Below, piece after piece: positions 25,001-36,900 of a stretch of 64,000 bases of DNA; position 1 is the stretch's first letter; each line of letters begins with the position of its first letter. The position numbers and the translations under genes were made by a program. Under the pieces are notes generated by a model. The model made no database searches. It had not been told where the DNA came from and saw nothing but the letters and a program-made list of their open reading frames with translations. This stretch comes from Klebsormidium nitens (lineage: Eukaryota; Plantae; Klebsormidiophyceae), in NCBI GenBank assembly GCA_000708835.1, contig DF237401.1:1-64000 (forward strand), given 5' to 3'.

Positions 25001-26411
25001 TCCTGCGCCCTCCACTACTTTATCAGCGGCCCGGTCCAGCTTAGCCCCCAGCCCCCTCCCCGCTTCTTTGGCTTCCTGCGCAGTCCCGCTGACCACCCCT
25101 TTTGCGGCCCCCACACCCTCTGCTATCTTGTCCGTCCCCTCGTCCGCTTTCCTGCCCAGCCACCAGACTGGCTTGGCTGCGGTCCTCTTTGCTTCCTCCG
25201 CCTTTCTTGTGGCCGCTTCCCTCGTCCTCTCTGCATCCTCCTCCAAATCTTCAGCAGTCTCCTCGACCCTTCCCTTCAATTTCTGTCCTTTCTCGCCCAC
25301 TTTATCCTTCACCTCCCCCAGCTTCTCTTTACTCCTCTCCGCCGCGCCCTTCACCTTCTGTGCCCCCCGCTGCGCAGCCTCTTGTGCCTGCTCCGCTTTC
25401 TCTGCGGCGGCTCGCTTGGCATCGTCCGCCTTCTCCGCTGCCGTCTGCTCCGCAGCATGAATGTTGGACCACATCTTCTGGGCGGTCTCCTCCGCCGCCC
25501 GGTCTGCTTTCTCTCTCTTCTCCCACCACTTGCCCTTCACTTCCTGCTTGGCATGCTGGCTCTGCTCTTCCACCGTCTCCTCCGCGCGCCGCGCCTTTTC
25601 CTTGACGCCTTCCTTGATCTGCCAGGCCTTGTCCCTCACCGTGTCAATCGTGCCGCTCGCCCGCTCTGCTACAGCATTGGCCCCTCTTTCAGTCCCGCGC
25701 TTGAGCCTGCTGCCTGTATCGGACGCCTTCTCAGCAACTGCGCACATGCACCAAAGACCCGCACTAATCAGGCACCATCAGAGGGGCATATACAGAAAGG
25801 AACTGCAGTGGCGCTAGGCCTGCAAGTCCCATGATGGAAGGGTGCCGTGGCTGGGACATCAGCGTGTATGGCAGGTCAGCATTTTAAAACAGTGTTTGAA
25901 GCAGCTACAGACTTTCGACAGGTCTAAAAACAGTATCAGAGTGGTTAACAATGCAAGCAAGGGCACTTATCATGACTTCCTGCCCTCAGCTTTCCTTCAT
26001 GCACAATCAGTCAGTCGAATTCAAAAACGCCATGACCAAGATACCCCTGCACCGAAGACCAACTGTAGAAAGTCCTGAACAGCCAGTGCTTGTCGTCCAC
26101 CCTCAGCATTGCCTTTTCACGTCTCTGCTGACTCTTCCAAGTGCGCGTTGTGCCCCACCTTCGTCCGCATGCTGCTCCCCCCTCTGCCTGCCGCGCTCTG
26201 CCGCACCGCCTGCCTTTCCCTTGAGGTGCTCCAGCTGCTCCTTGACGCCCCGTGCCTGCTCGTCTGCCTTCTCCTTGACGTGCCCTGCCTCGTGCTGCAG
26301 CGCTCCCTGCACTTCTTCCCGCGTCTCCTGCAGCTCCTCCCACGCGCGCTGTCCGTTGCGCTCCGCCTGCTCGTGCTGGCCCGACCCGCGGCCGATCCCA
26401 AAGAGCCCCAT
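22024..26411 (-). CDS. Fusion protein: N-terminal LEA-like (group 3/LEA_4-type 11-mer) region plus SLC25 mitochondrial-carrier domain (BT1/Brittle1-like adenine nucleotide carrier), 8 exons, 686 aa
   Basis: Exons 26411-26159, 25737-24968, 24686-24539, 24297-24104, 23707-23519, 23052-22870, 22714-22625, 22257-22024; all GT-AG, total 2061 nt in frame. Carrier signatures PLEVVRTKL, PFETLKDRV, PLEVARKQ, plus LYRGVVPALLGIVP and LYKGVG. The first 341 aa are K/E/A/Q/R/G-rich with 11-aa periodicity. The carrier part is near-certain; the fusion junction is predicted. Confidence 0.8.
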
Positions 26412-26652
26412 CGTTCAGGAGCTGGTGGCCTCGGCTTCTGCAGGCCTCGAACGCAGCTGGGCTCCGCTTTCGATCAGCGCCAACTGGGATGGCGATGACT
26501 GGGCCAGTCTGTCAGCGGTGCTTACGAACAGCTCGACAGCTAGCGCAAAGGCAGAACGAGCATGACCAGCTGGGGGTTGACGCCCAGGGTGGCAGCCAAA
26601 GCAGCCATAGCAGAGCAGCTGGCAGCTAGAGCTACCTGGCTCCGAACTGGAG

Positions 26653-26742
26653 GCCGACGCGATCATGCATGCATAATGCGCCTTCACCACGTCTTGACAA
26701 GTGGCAGTCTGACTTGGTCAGCCGAAAACATGCTGACGTGTC
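26653..26742. promoter_or_regulatory. DRE core + RY repeat + ABRE/G-box-like cluster in the bidirectional promoter of the LEA-carrier and BCKDH genes
   Basis: GCCGAC 26653-26658; CATGCATGCAT 26664-26674; ACGTGG (minus strand) 26687-26692; ACGTGTC 26736-26742. All lie 240-330 bp upstream of the ATG at 26411. Confidence 0.5.
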
Positions 26743-27038
26743 AACCGCTGACATGCTGGTAAAGTTGCAACTTGGCAACTTGCAACACTCAGGAGTCGGG
26801 TGCGTTCAGCCGGCGCAAAATGGCGGTTGTCCGCCTGCGCCGGCGCAATTACGTGATGGCATGCTCTTCCTCGAGCCAGCTCACAAAAATTGTAGCGCAT
26901 GTGTAAACTTCTGATTTCTAGGGTTGCAAGTAGTGACCACTCTCCACTTCTAATGCTAGTCGAAGTGGGCCATTATACTCTTGAGTATGCATTGAAGCGT
27001 CCTGACACTATTTGCGCTGCAACTTTCTTGTTTGAACA

Positions 27039-30000
27039 ATGGCTGCAAGCTGGTGTGTTCCCCTCGCCGGCGGTGGCCGCTGCTTGTCTGCTGGCAGGTG
27101 GCTGGAGCTGTGCAGATGGGCCCGCTGCTTCTCCTCTGCCCCGTGCAGCAGTCAGTCAAGGACGATTCTGAAGAGTATTCATGTAGCTTTGGAAACAGAT
27201 GCAGCTTCTGCTGTGGATGTCGGTGGTCCGAAGTGCTCACAAGAGGCTGCAACTGGGTTGCATTCGAGTTGTCCTCAGGGGTTTGTGTCTAGTCAGGCAG
27301 GCAGGTGGTGGTCCTCCCGGCAGATGAGCAGCCATGCCACAGCAGCTACTGGCAAGGAGGGGCACGGCGCTGGGGTGAGCAAGCACAGCAAATTGGGCAC
27401 CAATTGGTGCAGTTGTCAAGACAGAAAGTGTATCAGACGAAAGGATCAAAGCGCTTTGTTTCAGAAAGGTCTACACTTCATTTCGAAGTCAATCCTGCAA
27501 TTGTGCCCCTTCAGTTGAGAGCTTGCTCTGGAGATGTATCTTTTTTCGAAGGTGGCTGGTTCAAGATTCACATTTTTGTCTCCGAGCCGCAGCTGACATC
27601 TTGATTGGCGTCTGCCTTTCGAAAGACGCAGCCATTTTGAACCAACAGATGCCACCATTCACCTTGTTTAGTGCCTCTTTGTTTCCCTTCGTTTCCAGGT
27701 CCTAGACTTCCCGGGTGCACGATTTTCTTTTGTGAACGAGCTGCACGTGGTGCCGGAATCGACGCCTACCCCCATCCCTTGCTATCGGGTGCTGGACGAG
27801 CTGGGCCAGCTCATCCCCGGGGCAAAGTACACCCAGGTCAGCTCGGGGGCGCTCTTGCCTCTCACCAGCACGGCAGGACCTTGGACCTCCTTTGAGGCCC
27901 CTAGCTGGAGTGATGCTGTCTTGTCATTTGCCCATCGCCCAGTCCAAGTGCTTCAAGTGGACTTCTGACATATAAGTTGGCCTTCTCTCAAACGGTGCGC
28001 ACCGCGCGCCAGTGCATGGTCTCCAGAAAGCTAGGTGGTTCAGTGGTCTGACTATGCCCGCTCGGTGTTGGCTGCCAGGTGTCGGAGGAGCTGGCGGTGG
28101 CCATGTACCGCAAGATGGCGGTGCTCCAGTCCATGGACCTCGTCTTCTATGACGCGCAGCGCCAGGGCCGCTTCAGCTTCTACATGACCACCGCTGGCGA
28201 AGAGGCCATCAACATTGCGTCTGGGGCTGCCCTCTCTGACCTGGACACCATCTTTGCGCAGGTGGGACCACTTCTGGTCCAGGAGCTTGGCGAACCTTCA
28301 TTACCTTTGAGTTGAGAAGTTTGTTCTGTAGTTTTGGATCGTCCCAAGACGATCGAAGCCGCATCTCAGGTCGGTTTTACTCGCTGCAATCGGCACGAGC
28401 TCCGGTTGAAGCCCCAGTTTCACTTTGTGGCCGCAGTATCGCGAGCCTGGCGTGCTGCTGTGGCGCGGCTTCTCCATGCTCCAGTTTGCCCACCAGTGCT
28501 TTGCCACCTCAGGGGACCTGGGCAAGGGCCGCCAGATGCCCGTCCACTACGGCTCCAAGGAGCACCGCTTTCACACCATCTCCTCCCCGCTCGCGTGAGT
28601 CGCTCTCACTTTCTGGTCGGTGGGGGGTAACCTCATGTGCCGACTTGTAGCTGTGTAAAGACCCGGCTCATCTTAAGATTTTCAAATGGATAAGCAAGCT
28701 TTTCGGAAGCTCTCAAAGCGTCTGCAAAACAGGTCAGACACGGCCTGCTTAGCGGAACGATCTGAAACAAGGTCTTGGTTTCTCTTAATCCTGTTTATGT
28801 GGAATATTTATAACCGTCTTAGATGCCTTTCAATGTGACCGTCTGCGCTGAGTGCTTTTGTTGGGTGCTCGCCGAAGCCCACATCCTCCAAACACGTAGT
28901 TTGCCTTTTTCGGCAAAACTGAACATCGCCTTCTTGCTCAGGACTCAAATCCCGCATGCTGTTGGCGCCGCATACCACGTCAAAATGTCCCCCGAGGATG
29001 CGTGCGTGGTGACGTACTTTGGGGAGGGCGCTGCCAGTGAAGGCGACTTCCATGGCGCCATCAACTTTGCGGCCACCCTCGAGGTGCCCGTCATCTTTGT
29101 CTGCCGCAACAATGGCTGGGCCATCAGCACGCCCGCACGCGAGCAGTATCGAGGTGAGGGGACTGCTTCCATCGTCGAAGAATAGCGCCCGAGAGATGCA
29201 GCTGCCCCGATGATGCGTGCACTGACCTGGCTTTGCTGGAAGGGCGGGCTGCAGCTCTGCCTAGAGCATGAGAGGTTCATCCATCAACAATAGAGGGTTG
29301 AAGAAGGTGGAATCCAATTGTCACAGCTGAATGCAGCAGGTCATGCTTCGCCGCGGTCCCAGTACAGTACGGTCCCTTTCCTCAAGTAGACTTGCGTAAC
29401 TTATATCACCATGAGCGGACCGGAGGCTCTCGGCTTATTGAAACTTGCAAAGTTCATGGGGTGCTCAGGTTGACAGCCCTCCTCCCAACAACTGCAGGGG
29501 ACGGTATCGCGGGGCGGGGCCAGGCATACGGCGTCCGGTCACTTCGCGTTGACGGCAACGACACGTTGGCCATGTACAGTGCGATGAAGGCCGCCCGAGA
29601 GATGGCGGTCACCGAGGAGCGGCCCATCCTGCTCGAGGTGCGGTTCGCCGCAGCTGGTCAACGCTCTCAGCCTGCTACAGTCCTCTGGTCTGTTTTCGAG
29701 CACAAAAAAAAGTATGTCGAAATGAATGATCACAGTCTTATCCATCCCGATTCTGACCAGTATCAGGGGGCTTTCGGCTGACGAAGTCGATTGATAACGA
29801 CCGAGGAAAAGCAGCCAGCCCTTTGCATCAGCTTCTCAGTCGTGTCTGATGACAACTCCTGACGAGGTGTCAATTCCTCCGACTTCGGGCTGTCTCCGGT
29901 TGGCTGAAGTGCGAGGCCCAAGCCGTCGAAGTTGACTGGCCCTCGCAGACGACGTTGCACTTCTCGCTGCAGGCCATGACTTACCGGACGGGCCACCACA

Positions 30001-30611
30001 GCACGTCGGACGACTCGTCGCGGTACCGCGGGGCGGCGGAGATCCAGCACTGGAAGCTGCAGCGGGACCCCGTGGCGCGATTCCGGCGGTGGCTGCAGGG
30101 GCAGGGCTGGTGGGACGACGCCCGCGAGGAGGAGCTCAGGAAGAGCGCGCGAGCGGAGGTGGGGCGCGCCAACTTGAACAGCCCAGCGGCTTAGCGCTGT
30201 GGGCTGGAAGGGTTCGTCGTTGAATTTCAGGAACGAGGGGGTCCGGGGAAGAATGCAGACTGCAACAGGCGTGCTAGCATGGCGTCGACCTTTTCGCAAG
30301 AGTCTATCTTCTTTGACGAGGTGGCTGCACGCCCCAACCTGTTCAAGCCGATCATTGTAGATGCGACGGTCACCACTTACGTCCTTGCGTAAGATTGGCA
30401 ACGCGAGATACACATCTAAGCTGTCCGAGTATCTGTGTAGGTGATTGCGGCCTTGGACACGGCGGAGGCTACTGACAAGGCGCCCCTGCGTGACCTGTTC
30501 ACGGACGTGTACGATGCGGCCCCGCCCAACCTGGTGGAACAGGAGCGGCAAGTCCGAGCCCACGTGGCAAAGCACAGGGCCGACTATCCGGACAATGTGC
30601 CACTCGACTGA
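27039..30611 (+). CDS. BCKDHA: Branched-chain 2-oxoacid dehydrogenase E1 alpha subunit (mitochondrial)
   Basis: Exons from 27699: [15 protein letters not shown]; [15 protein letters not shown]; [31 protein letters not shown]; [34 protein letters not shown]; RVDGND; [12 protein letters not shown]; ends PDNVPLD* at 30611. The N-terminal transit-peptide exon (ATG 27039) is uncertain. Confidence 0.93.
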
Positions 30612-31683
30612 CCGCTCAGGCTCGGGACAGGTATGTACATAGAGCTAGAGACCCTGCGGGAAGGTAGCGACCAGCAACCGGAGTTCGTGCGTAGTACACA
30701 AGTGCGTTGAGTAGCATGGGAATGCGTAAGGGCAGACAAGCTAGAGCAACGAGTATAATCGACCGTCACTGACATCCTATTGCAGGAGATTGGTCAACAT
30801 GAGCGTGCAATGATCATGTTAGGAAGCTGCAAGCACGGGTAGCAGCTCGATGGTCGGGGCTTGGACAAAAAATGCCATTGCAGTCAGACATACGTTTCAA
30901 CTTTAGTGCCGCGCCACAGTCTCTAGAATCCGGCCGCTAGCATGGCACAACCTAGTACGTCCCATGCTTTGCAATGCAGTATAGCAGATGAGTGCCTCGA
31001 GATGTTCAGTATTTGTGTAACGCTGCAACGCTGCAATATGCATGTTCAATATTGCTGACATGTTTCTGAAGAACAAATTCCTGATTGGACATATGTACGC
31101 GGGCGCTCCTATGAATCAGCTCTGCGGCTGACAATATTAATGGCCGGGTTGTTTGATAGAGCTCACGCAGCATGTACCGCCGTGCATCAAAAGTCGTTTA
31201 GATGGACTTGACTTTTGCCCGGGTGCATCATGGAACAGGCTGTCGTTCTACTAGACTCTGCCCAGATGCAAACAGATTCGACCAATGATTGTGAAGATGT
31301 ACTGTTTCACCAAATTAAAGCTCTGTGATTGGCATGCTGTGAAGCATGTGCGCGCGTGCAAGCCAGTCTGACCACGACTATGTCGAACCGCAACTTAGGT
31401 AGGATTAGATGACGCTAAAGCTGGACCAGAATAACCTTTGATATGCGGCCATCGTGCAGTATTTACAGGGTTTAAAAGGACCGAAACTACCTGGCCCAGG
31501 ATCCCAATATGAACATACTATGAGGAGCTGGGCCGTGTAAGGACCAGCTATACATTCTGCTCTACAAGCTACATCCTACAGAACTAACGCGTCCTCGTCA
31601 ACGAGATTCGTCGAGGCTACTGAACTCCGAGATGTTGAGGATATGCTTACAGAGATGGTAACATCTCCACGGCGCCCACCGCT

Positions 31684-33608
31684 CTAAGCTACATGCCGGG
31701 CCTGCAAAGCCTCTGCCTCCCGCTTTCGAAGTAGGGTCGAGCTCACCTTTTCAGTGGACATGCTGTCTCCAACAAGATCAACAACGACCACCTGCAGAGG
31801 GGTCTGGGGAAGTCAGAGTAGTCCCCGCAGATCAAAAGATGCAGTAAAGCATGGTGCGAATTGTGCATTCCAAGATCCTCTCAAGATTCTCAGTTGATGC
31901 AGATCCTGTCCAACAAGCAGCACGTAGCACCTTGGGCATGTAGCTATCTTCTGTTTAGCTTCATTTGGCAAGGTGGTACAATAAGAGACATTGCAAAGCA
32001 ATCAATCCGTTTAAGATGAACATCCAATGGATTCCACCTGACAAAGCCGAAATGACGGACGTAGAAACGGCTCACATGCAATGTCGAAAGGCCCTTTTCA
32101 GCTCGCTTCTGATTGACTGCGTGCCCTCCTTTCTCAGTCTCTTTACTGCAAAGGCAGGGGCAAAGAATGAGTCTTCTGCAGTCTACTGCCCAAAGAAGGG
32201 CGCCTCGCTGGCTTTGACTACCCGGACAATATCCTCAGAAGTTGCAGTTGAGGAGGAAGAATGGTCATACTGTATGTGCTCCTGTCGGCGAATCCGTAGA
32301 TGGAGATCTACAAAGCGAGATGGAATCCTACAGAGCCAGGTCCAAGACTCCTCCGCAGACTACATGGTTACATCCTTCCTCACCTGACCACAATGGCCCC
32401 AAGTCCTTCGTCAACGATAGAAGGCCCATAAGGATCCACCAGTGGTTCTGTTTGCACCAAAAGGCTGCTCTTTATCGACTGTGCTGCAATAAACGAGAGC
32501 TTGAACTTCTGTTTGGCCTCTTGGACCACGTTTACAGAGGATTTTTGCACCCTTCCCACCACCTTAGGCTTTCGATGTTTCTCACACATGTTCCTTCGGT
32601 TTGATAGTAATCTACTTTAGCGAGAATGTCACTCGTTTGGGGCAACATGCAGTTGCGATGGAGGCTGTGAAGGCAAGGAGATGAAAACATGACCGGGCAT
32701 GGAGACTGGAAGCACGTGCCTTGATGTATCTTTCAACGCTTTGTCGGCGTGTTTCCAAGGGCTCAATCAACTTGGCATACTGCAAGAACGTCGGTCGTGT
32801 CAGTGGCAAGTTCCTCCCCCGGGGGGCATTCGACGGTATTCTCCGAGGCCTAGTGTCTGCACTGGCTGGCTCCGAGCTAATCTGGGAAGAATGGTTGCTG
32901 AGCAACAACACAACACGCTCGTTTAACTTGGGCCAAAAGAATCATAAGCAAGGGCAATGAAACAAGAAAGACTGTCTGGTCCTCACCTCTTTATTCTCCA
33001 AGAGAGGCCCTGTACTGACACCCACAACGACGCGCTCTGTTGCAACGTTGGCAGCAGCCTGTCAACAGCAAGAACACTAGGGCTGAACGAATTGAACGAA
33101 CTCTGTTTGAAATTTGAGCTAGTGTAAATAAGCACTGCATTTCAACGATGCTTTGCGGCAACCTTGTGGACCAAAAGAACATCAGAAGCTTTTCTTGTGG
33201 GCAGGTGCGCGTACAAGTGAAAAGATCAACTCTTAGATCATCCAACTGCTTTAACATTAGCCAAAAAGCAGGTTTATGAACGGAGCAAGGCGCACCTTAA
33301 GAGCAGAGGGTCTGCCTTGAAAGTTTCGCGATGCCATACCTTGAGAAGAGCTCGATGACCATCGTGCAGATGATCAAAAGTACCTCCCAGCACAACAGCT
33401 CGAAAAGTGTTTGTTTCTCCAGAATCGAGGTTGGAATCCACCATGACGATGCTGAACGTCGCTGCAGCAAATCAAGAGGACGGCGAACCACCACCACGGC
33501 ATGCAAACTCCTCTGGATCAGTGGATGCCTACCTTGCTCAGGCTGCACTCTCGAGTCCAATGCCGTATAGCATCGCATGCGTCTCCCCTGCCAGCCCTGG
33601 ATGGACAT
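31684..33608 (-). CDS. COAD: Phosphopantetheine adenylyltransferase (CoA biosynthesis), 7 exons, ~200 aa
   Basis: Exons 33608-33533, 33461-33340, 33058-32987, 32779-32720, 32478-32384, 32145-32076, 31791-31684; total 603 nt. Motifs [19 protein letters not shown] (HxGH), [60 protein letters not shown]. Exon 1/start codon is less certain. Confidence 0.92.
32479..32719 (-). other. GC-AG intron in PPAT
   Basis: AAG|GCACGT donor at 32719 joins YIK to SIKS in phase 0. Confidence 0.75.
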
Positions 33609-33791
33609 TGGACTCCCGACCAACCTTTCGAGACCCAGCCCTTCTGTGAAAATGAACAGCGCTCTCTTTTAGACGGTCCGAATTGCCCGATGGGTTGAGA
33701 CTGGACATATCTGGCCGTCCCTCTTGGGCAACGAAAATGATTCAACGGGGGTCCTAAGTTTGTGGGAGTCTGCCGGCCCGGGGTTCCGTCG

Positions 33792-33929
33792 GTACCTGCA
33801 AACGTACCGCTTCATACTGTACGGTAGTCCAAGGCTGACTTTGAAATTCCGCCCTTCGAGCTTGCATTATTTAGGGTTCCGAAAGTCGGGGCCTGCATAG
33901 GTACCGGTACTACATAGGTACCTAGGTAC
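33792..33929. promoter_or_regulatory. GTAC cluster (7 copies in 138 bp) including the palindrome GTACCTAGGTAC
   Basis: GTAC at 33792, 33804, 33819, 33901, 33907, 33918 and 33926, upstream of PPAT. Confidence 0.4.
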
Positions 33930-36900
33930 ATTATAGCCCAGTGCCACTTGCATAAAAACCAACTGTACAGGCTGCGGCGGCGCTGGCCTGAAGAAACACA
34001 CAGCTGTTTCCTGTTGCTGTACAGAAGAGCTCACCGTTGAGTCACGGAATTACGTACGGCTTCTCCATTCCTGCCGCGAACCGTTTATTGGCGGGCTCGC
34101 TCATCAATGCAACCGCCTACCAACTTTTGCCAACTGTCCACATTGCTGCCAGAGATGCTGTAGGTATCACCTGCTGGCGTCAGGCTTGGCGCCACCATGG
34201 CCGTGGCTTGAGCGGCCGTTCGCTCCCCCTCTAGCTCCTCTTGGTTCGATCAACATGGTGGTGTCCTTGGCGGACAGGGGAGAGTGCAAAGATCAGCTGC
34301 CTGAGCCGCTGCACATTGCTCCCCTTTGACAACTCTCGACCCCATCTGAGGTAAGCTGCACCCTCACGAAGTCTGCGGGATGCCCCCCTCGTCTCAGTAT
34401 CATATTCGTATTCCTCTCTAGTGTCAGTGGTGTTGGGCTCGAAATTGTTCCACCAATCTGGAAAACTTGGGTTTTGATTTCTGGCGCTTCCGGTCAGCGT
34501 GTCTTATGGGCAAGGTTCTCAATTACGTAGCGCAGAACCACTTGGTTAAGGTCTTTCTGAGTGTTGAAAATGCAGACCTTTAACCAATGGCGCATTCTGT
34601 CTGATAAGAGTTTGCGGTCAGTAAACAGCTGAATATTCCCCTATTCCATGACTGGTCATATCTGCAAAATTGAAATCTGTCTGGCCAAGCCGGAGTCTTC
34701 TAGACTCTAGTAAAAAGTATTGGACCAAAATGCAGTAGATCTTCTCATTTCCTTCAAAATGTGGACTTTAGATCATAGTCAAGATCCATTCACATACCAA
34801 CTGTCAATCCAAGCAGCTTTGACCTGCATGACCACTGTTTTCTGTTGAGTCTGACCAAACATTGTTGACAACAGCCATACTTTCGTGCAAAGTATGGATT
34901 TGGGCATGGTGGTTAGAATTGTGCAACTCTCGTCCAGGTGATGATGTTGCAGGAAGATGTTCTGCCACATCCTTGGTGAGGACACCAAGGATATCACCTT
35001 GGCTTCGCAATAGGCTTTCTCTAGGTCCCAGTATCTGGTCCAAAGTGGCATGAATTGGTTGCTCGCCTTTGAGCCACTTTTGCCTTTCTGTTGTCACCAG
35101 CCAGATGGAATTGGGTATCTTTGGCATCGAAAATGTTACAAAACCCAGTGTCCACGCCGTTAACATGCGTTGCACTAGGTTGCAAGTATATAGATCCATC
35201 TCCTAGTTGTTCTGAGACCTTATTCACAGCCCCTGTCTTTTGTGCAGGTCTCAAGGTGGTCCCTCCTGGTCATTTGCATCATGCAGGGTGCTTTCAAGCC
35301 ACTCTGGCTTGAAAATCGGACCGCGGTACCGAACCGGTAATCCCTGCGGCCAGCTCCAAAACTGGCGCTCCTAGAGGATGTCTGATCAAGGCTCACAGGG
35401 CAGTGTCTCTGGGAGTGGTTACGATGGAGCATTCGCCGACTCCCTCCTGCGCAGCTGTGACGAGGAAGCTGCTTCCCTGCAACATGTGCTGGGGGGCCCT
35501 CTACAAGTATCAGGCTGGACTTTGGGAGCCAGGCTTGGGGAAATGCAGCCAGGTGTGAATCTCAGCGCTCCCCCATGATTAATCGGATACAGTTGCATTA
35601 GGAGAAGGATGTTCTCTTGGAGCGCTCTTTCATGGCTTGGGTGTTTGCAGTGGTGAATCGAGGGATCCTCTCCTCCGCCCAATCTCCTTGAAATGCTCGC
35701 TCCAGGAGTTCAGAACAGTTGGTGAATCTACTTTGAATAGATGCCACTGATGCGCACTAAAGTGCAGTGCCACTGCAGCGATCCTCAAGCTCAGGCAGGA
35801 CTTGCCTCTCTCCCCTTGGATTGCCAGTGTGCAGGCGTCTCACCGGTGTGCGCTGTTTTTTGAAGCAGGTGGTGCAGATACTCTGCTGTTGCCCAGAGGA
35901 GCTGTGAATGCTGGGGTGCTGCCGCAGCATGGTGGGGTCGGCCAATTTGCAGAGACAAGTGGGCAGGAACCTTTGGCTTATGTAAGCATGACATCAGCAT
36001 TGCAGAATTGGACTGCAAGGTCTTCGGTTTTTCTTGTCACGAACCCACTCTGTATCTTGCTTTTCAGGGCTGCAGGCTCAATGACAGGCAAGGTAGAACT
36101 TTGCTATGAAGTAGACTGTGTTCCTTGCCAGGCTGCTGACAGCGATCATGAAAGACAATGGACTCTCAGCTCCCAGCGTGGAATCAGGGTTCTTATCTGA
36201 AATGCAGAGTTAGAAAGGAGCCCGGTGTTTCCTGTGAAAGGCTGTCCTTCAAAGCCATCTCTGTGTCCTCATGCCAGGTCCGCCAGTCGACGGCTAGCCA
36301 ACTTCAGCCGGGACCTTGCGATCCAGCTTTCTTCTCCACCGGCAGTCCCGACGTTCACTGGGCCAGCACGTCGAGCAATCATGCGTCCCAGGGCTTGGGG
36401 CCCGTTAAGCAGCTTTCCTTTGGGCCTGCCTTAATCCACGCAAACCTGCCCCTAGAAACAACCCCTCAGAGCTGGCTCCAGCCGGAGAAACACCTTCGGA
36501 CGAGCCACAAAGCAGATCTGGCAGCAACGCCCCTCTCCCAAAACCAGTTGCGCAGTCCTTCCTTGGATCTTGGCTGGAGCCTGCAATATGGCTCTTTCTC
36601 TCAGGCTCAGCGCTACAACCCAGTCCGGCAACACCTCGTTGCTCCAAAGACAGGCGTGGCCACAAGCCCTGAGAACCGGATCCCCATTTGGCAGCACGAG
36701 GGTTCACATGTCCAAAGTGCAGCCTTTACAGGTAGGAACGTGTGTACAAGCATGTTTCATGTGCTTCTGAACAGTGACATAAGGTCCACTGGACGTTCAA
36801 AAGACCCCCTATTTGAGTCCCACGAAATTTGCAGACCAGTTGCTCAGCATCACCTGACTGGGACGGTGCCACATCCTGTGTGTCTGGATAGTGTTGCAGA

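Noticed and set aside
24920-25834. 304-aa plus-strand ORF (and 154/167-aa overlaps) antisense to the LEA exon
   Set aside because: Shadow ORFs produced by the repetitive, GC3-biased LEA-like coding strand.
34779-35254. Minus-strand ORFs of 77-131 aa
   Set aside because: No recognisable motifs, codon bias or consistent splice structure.
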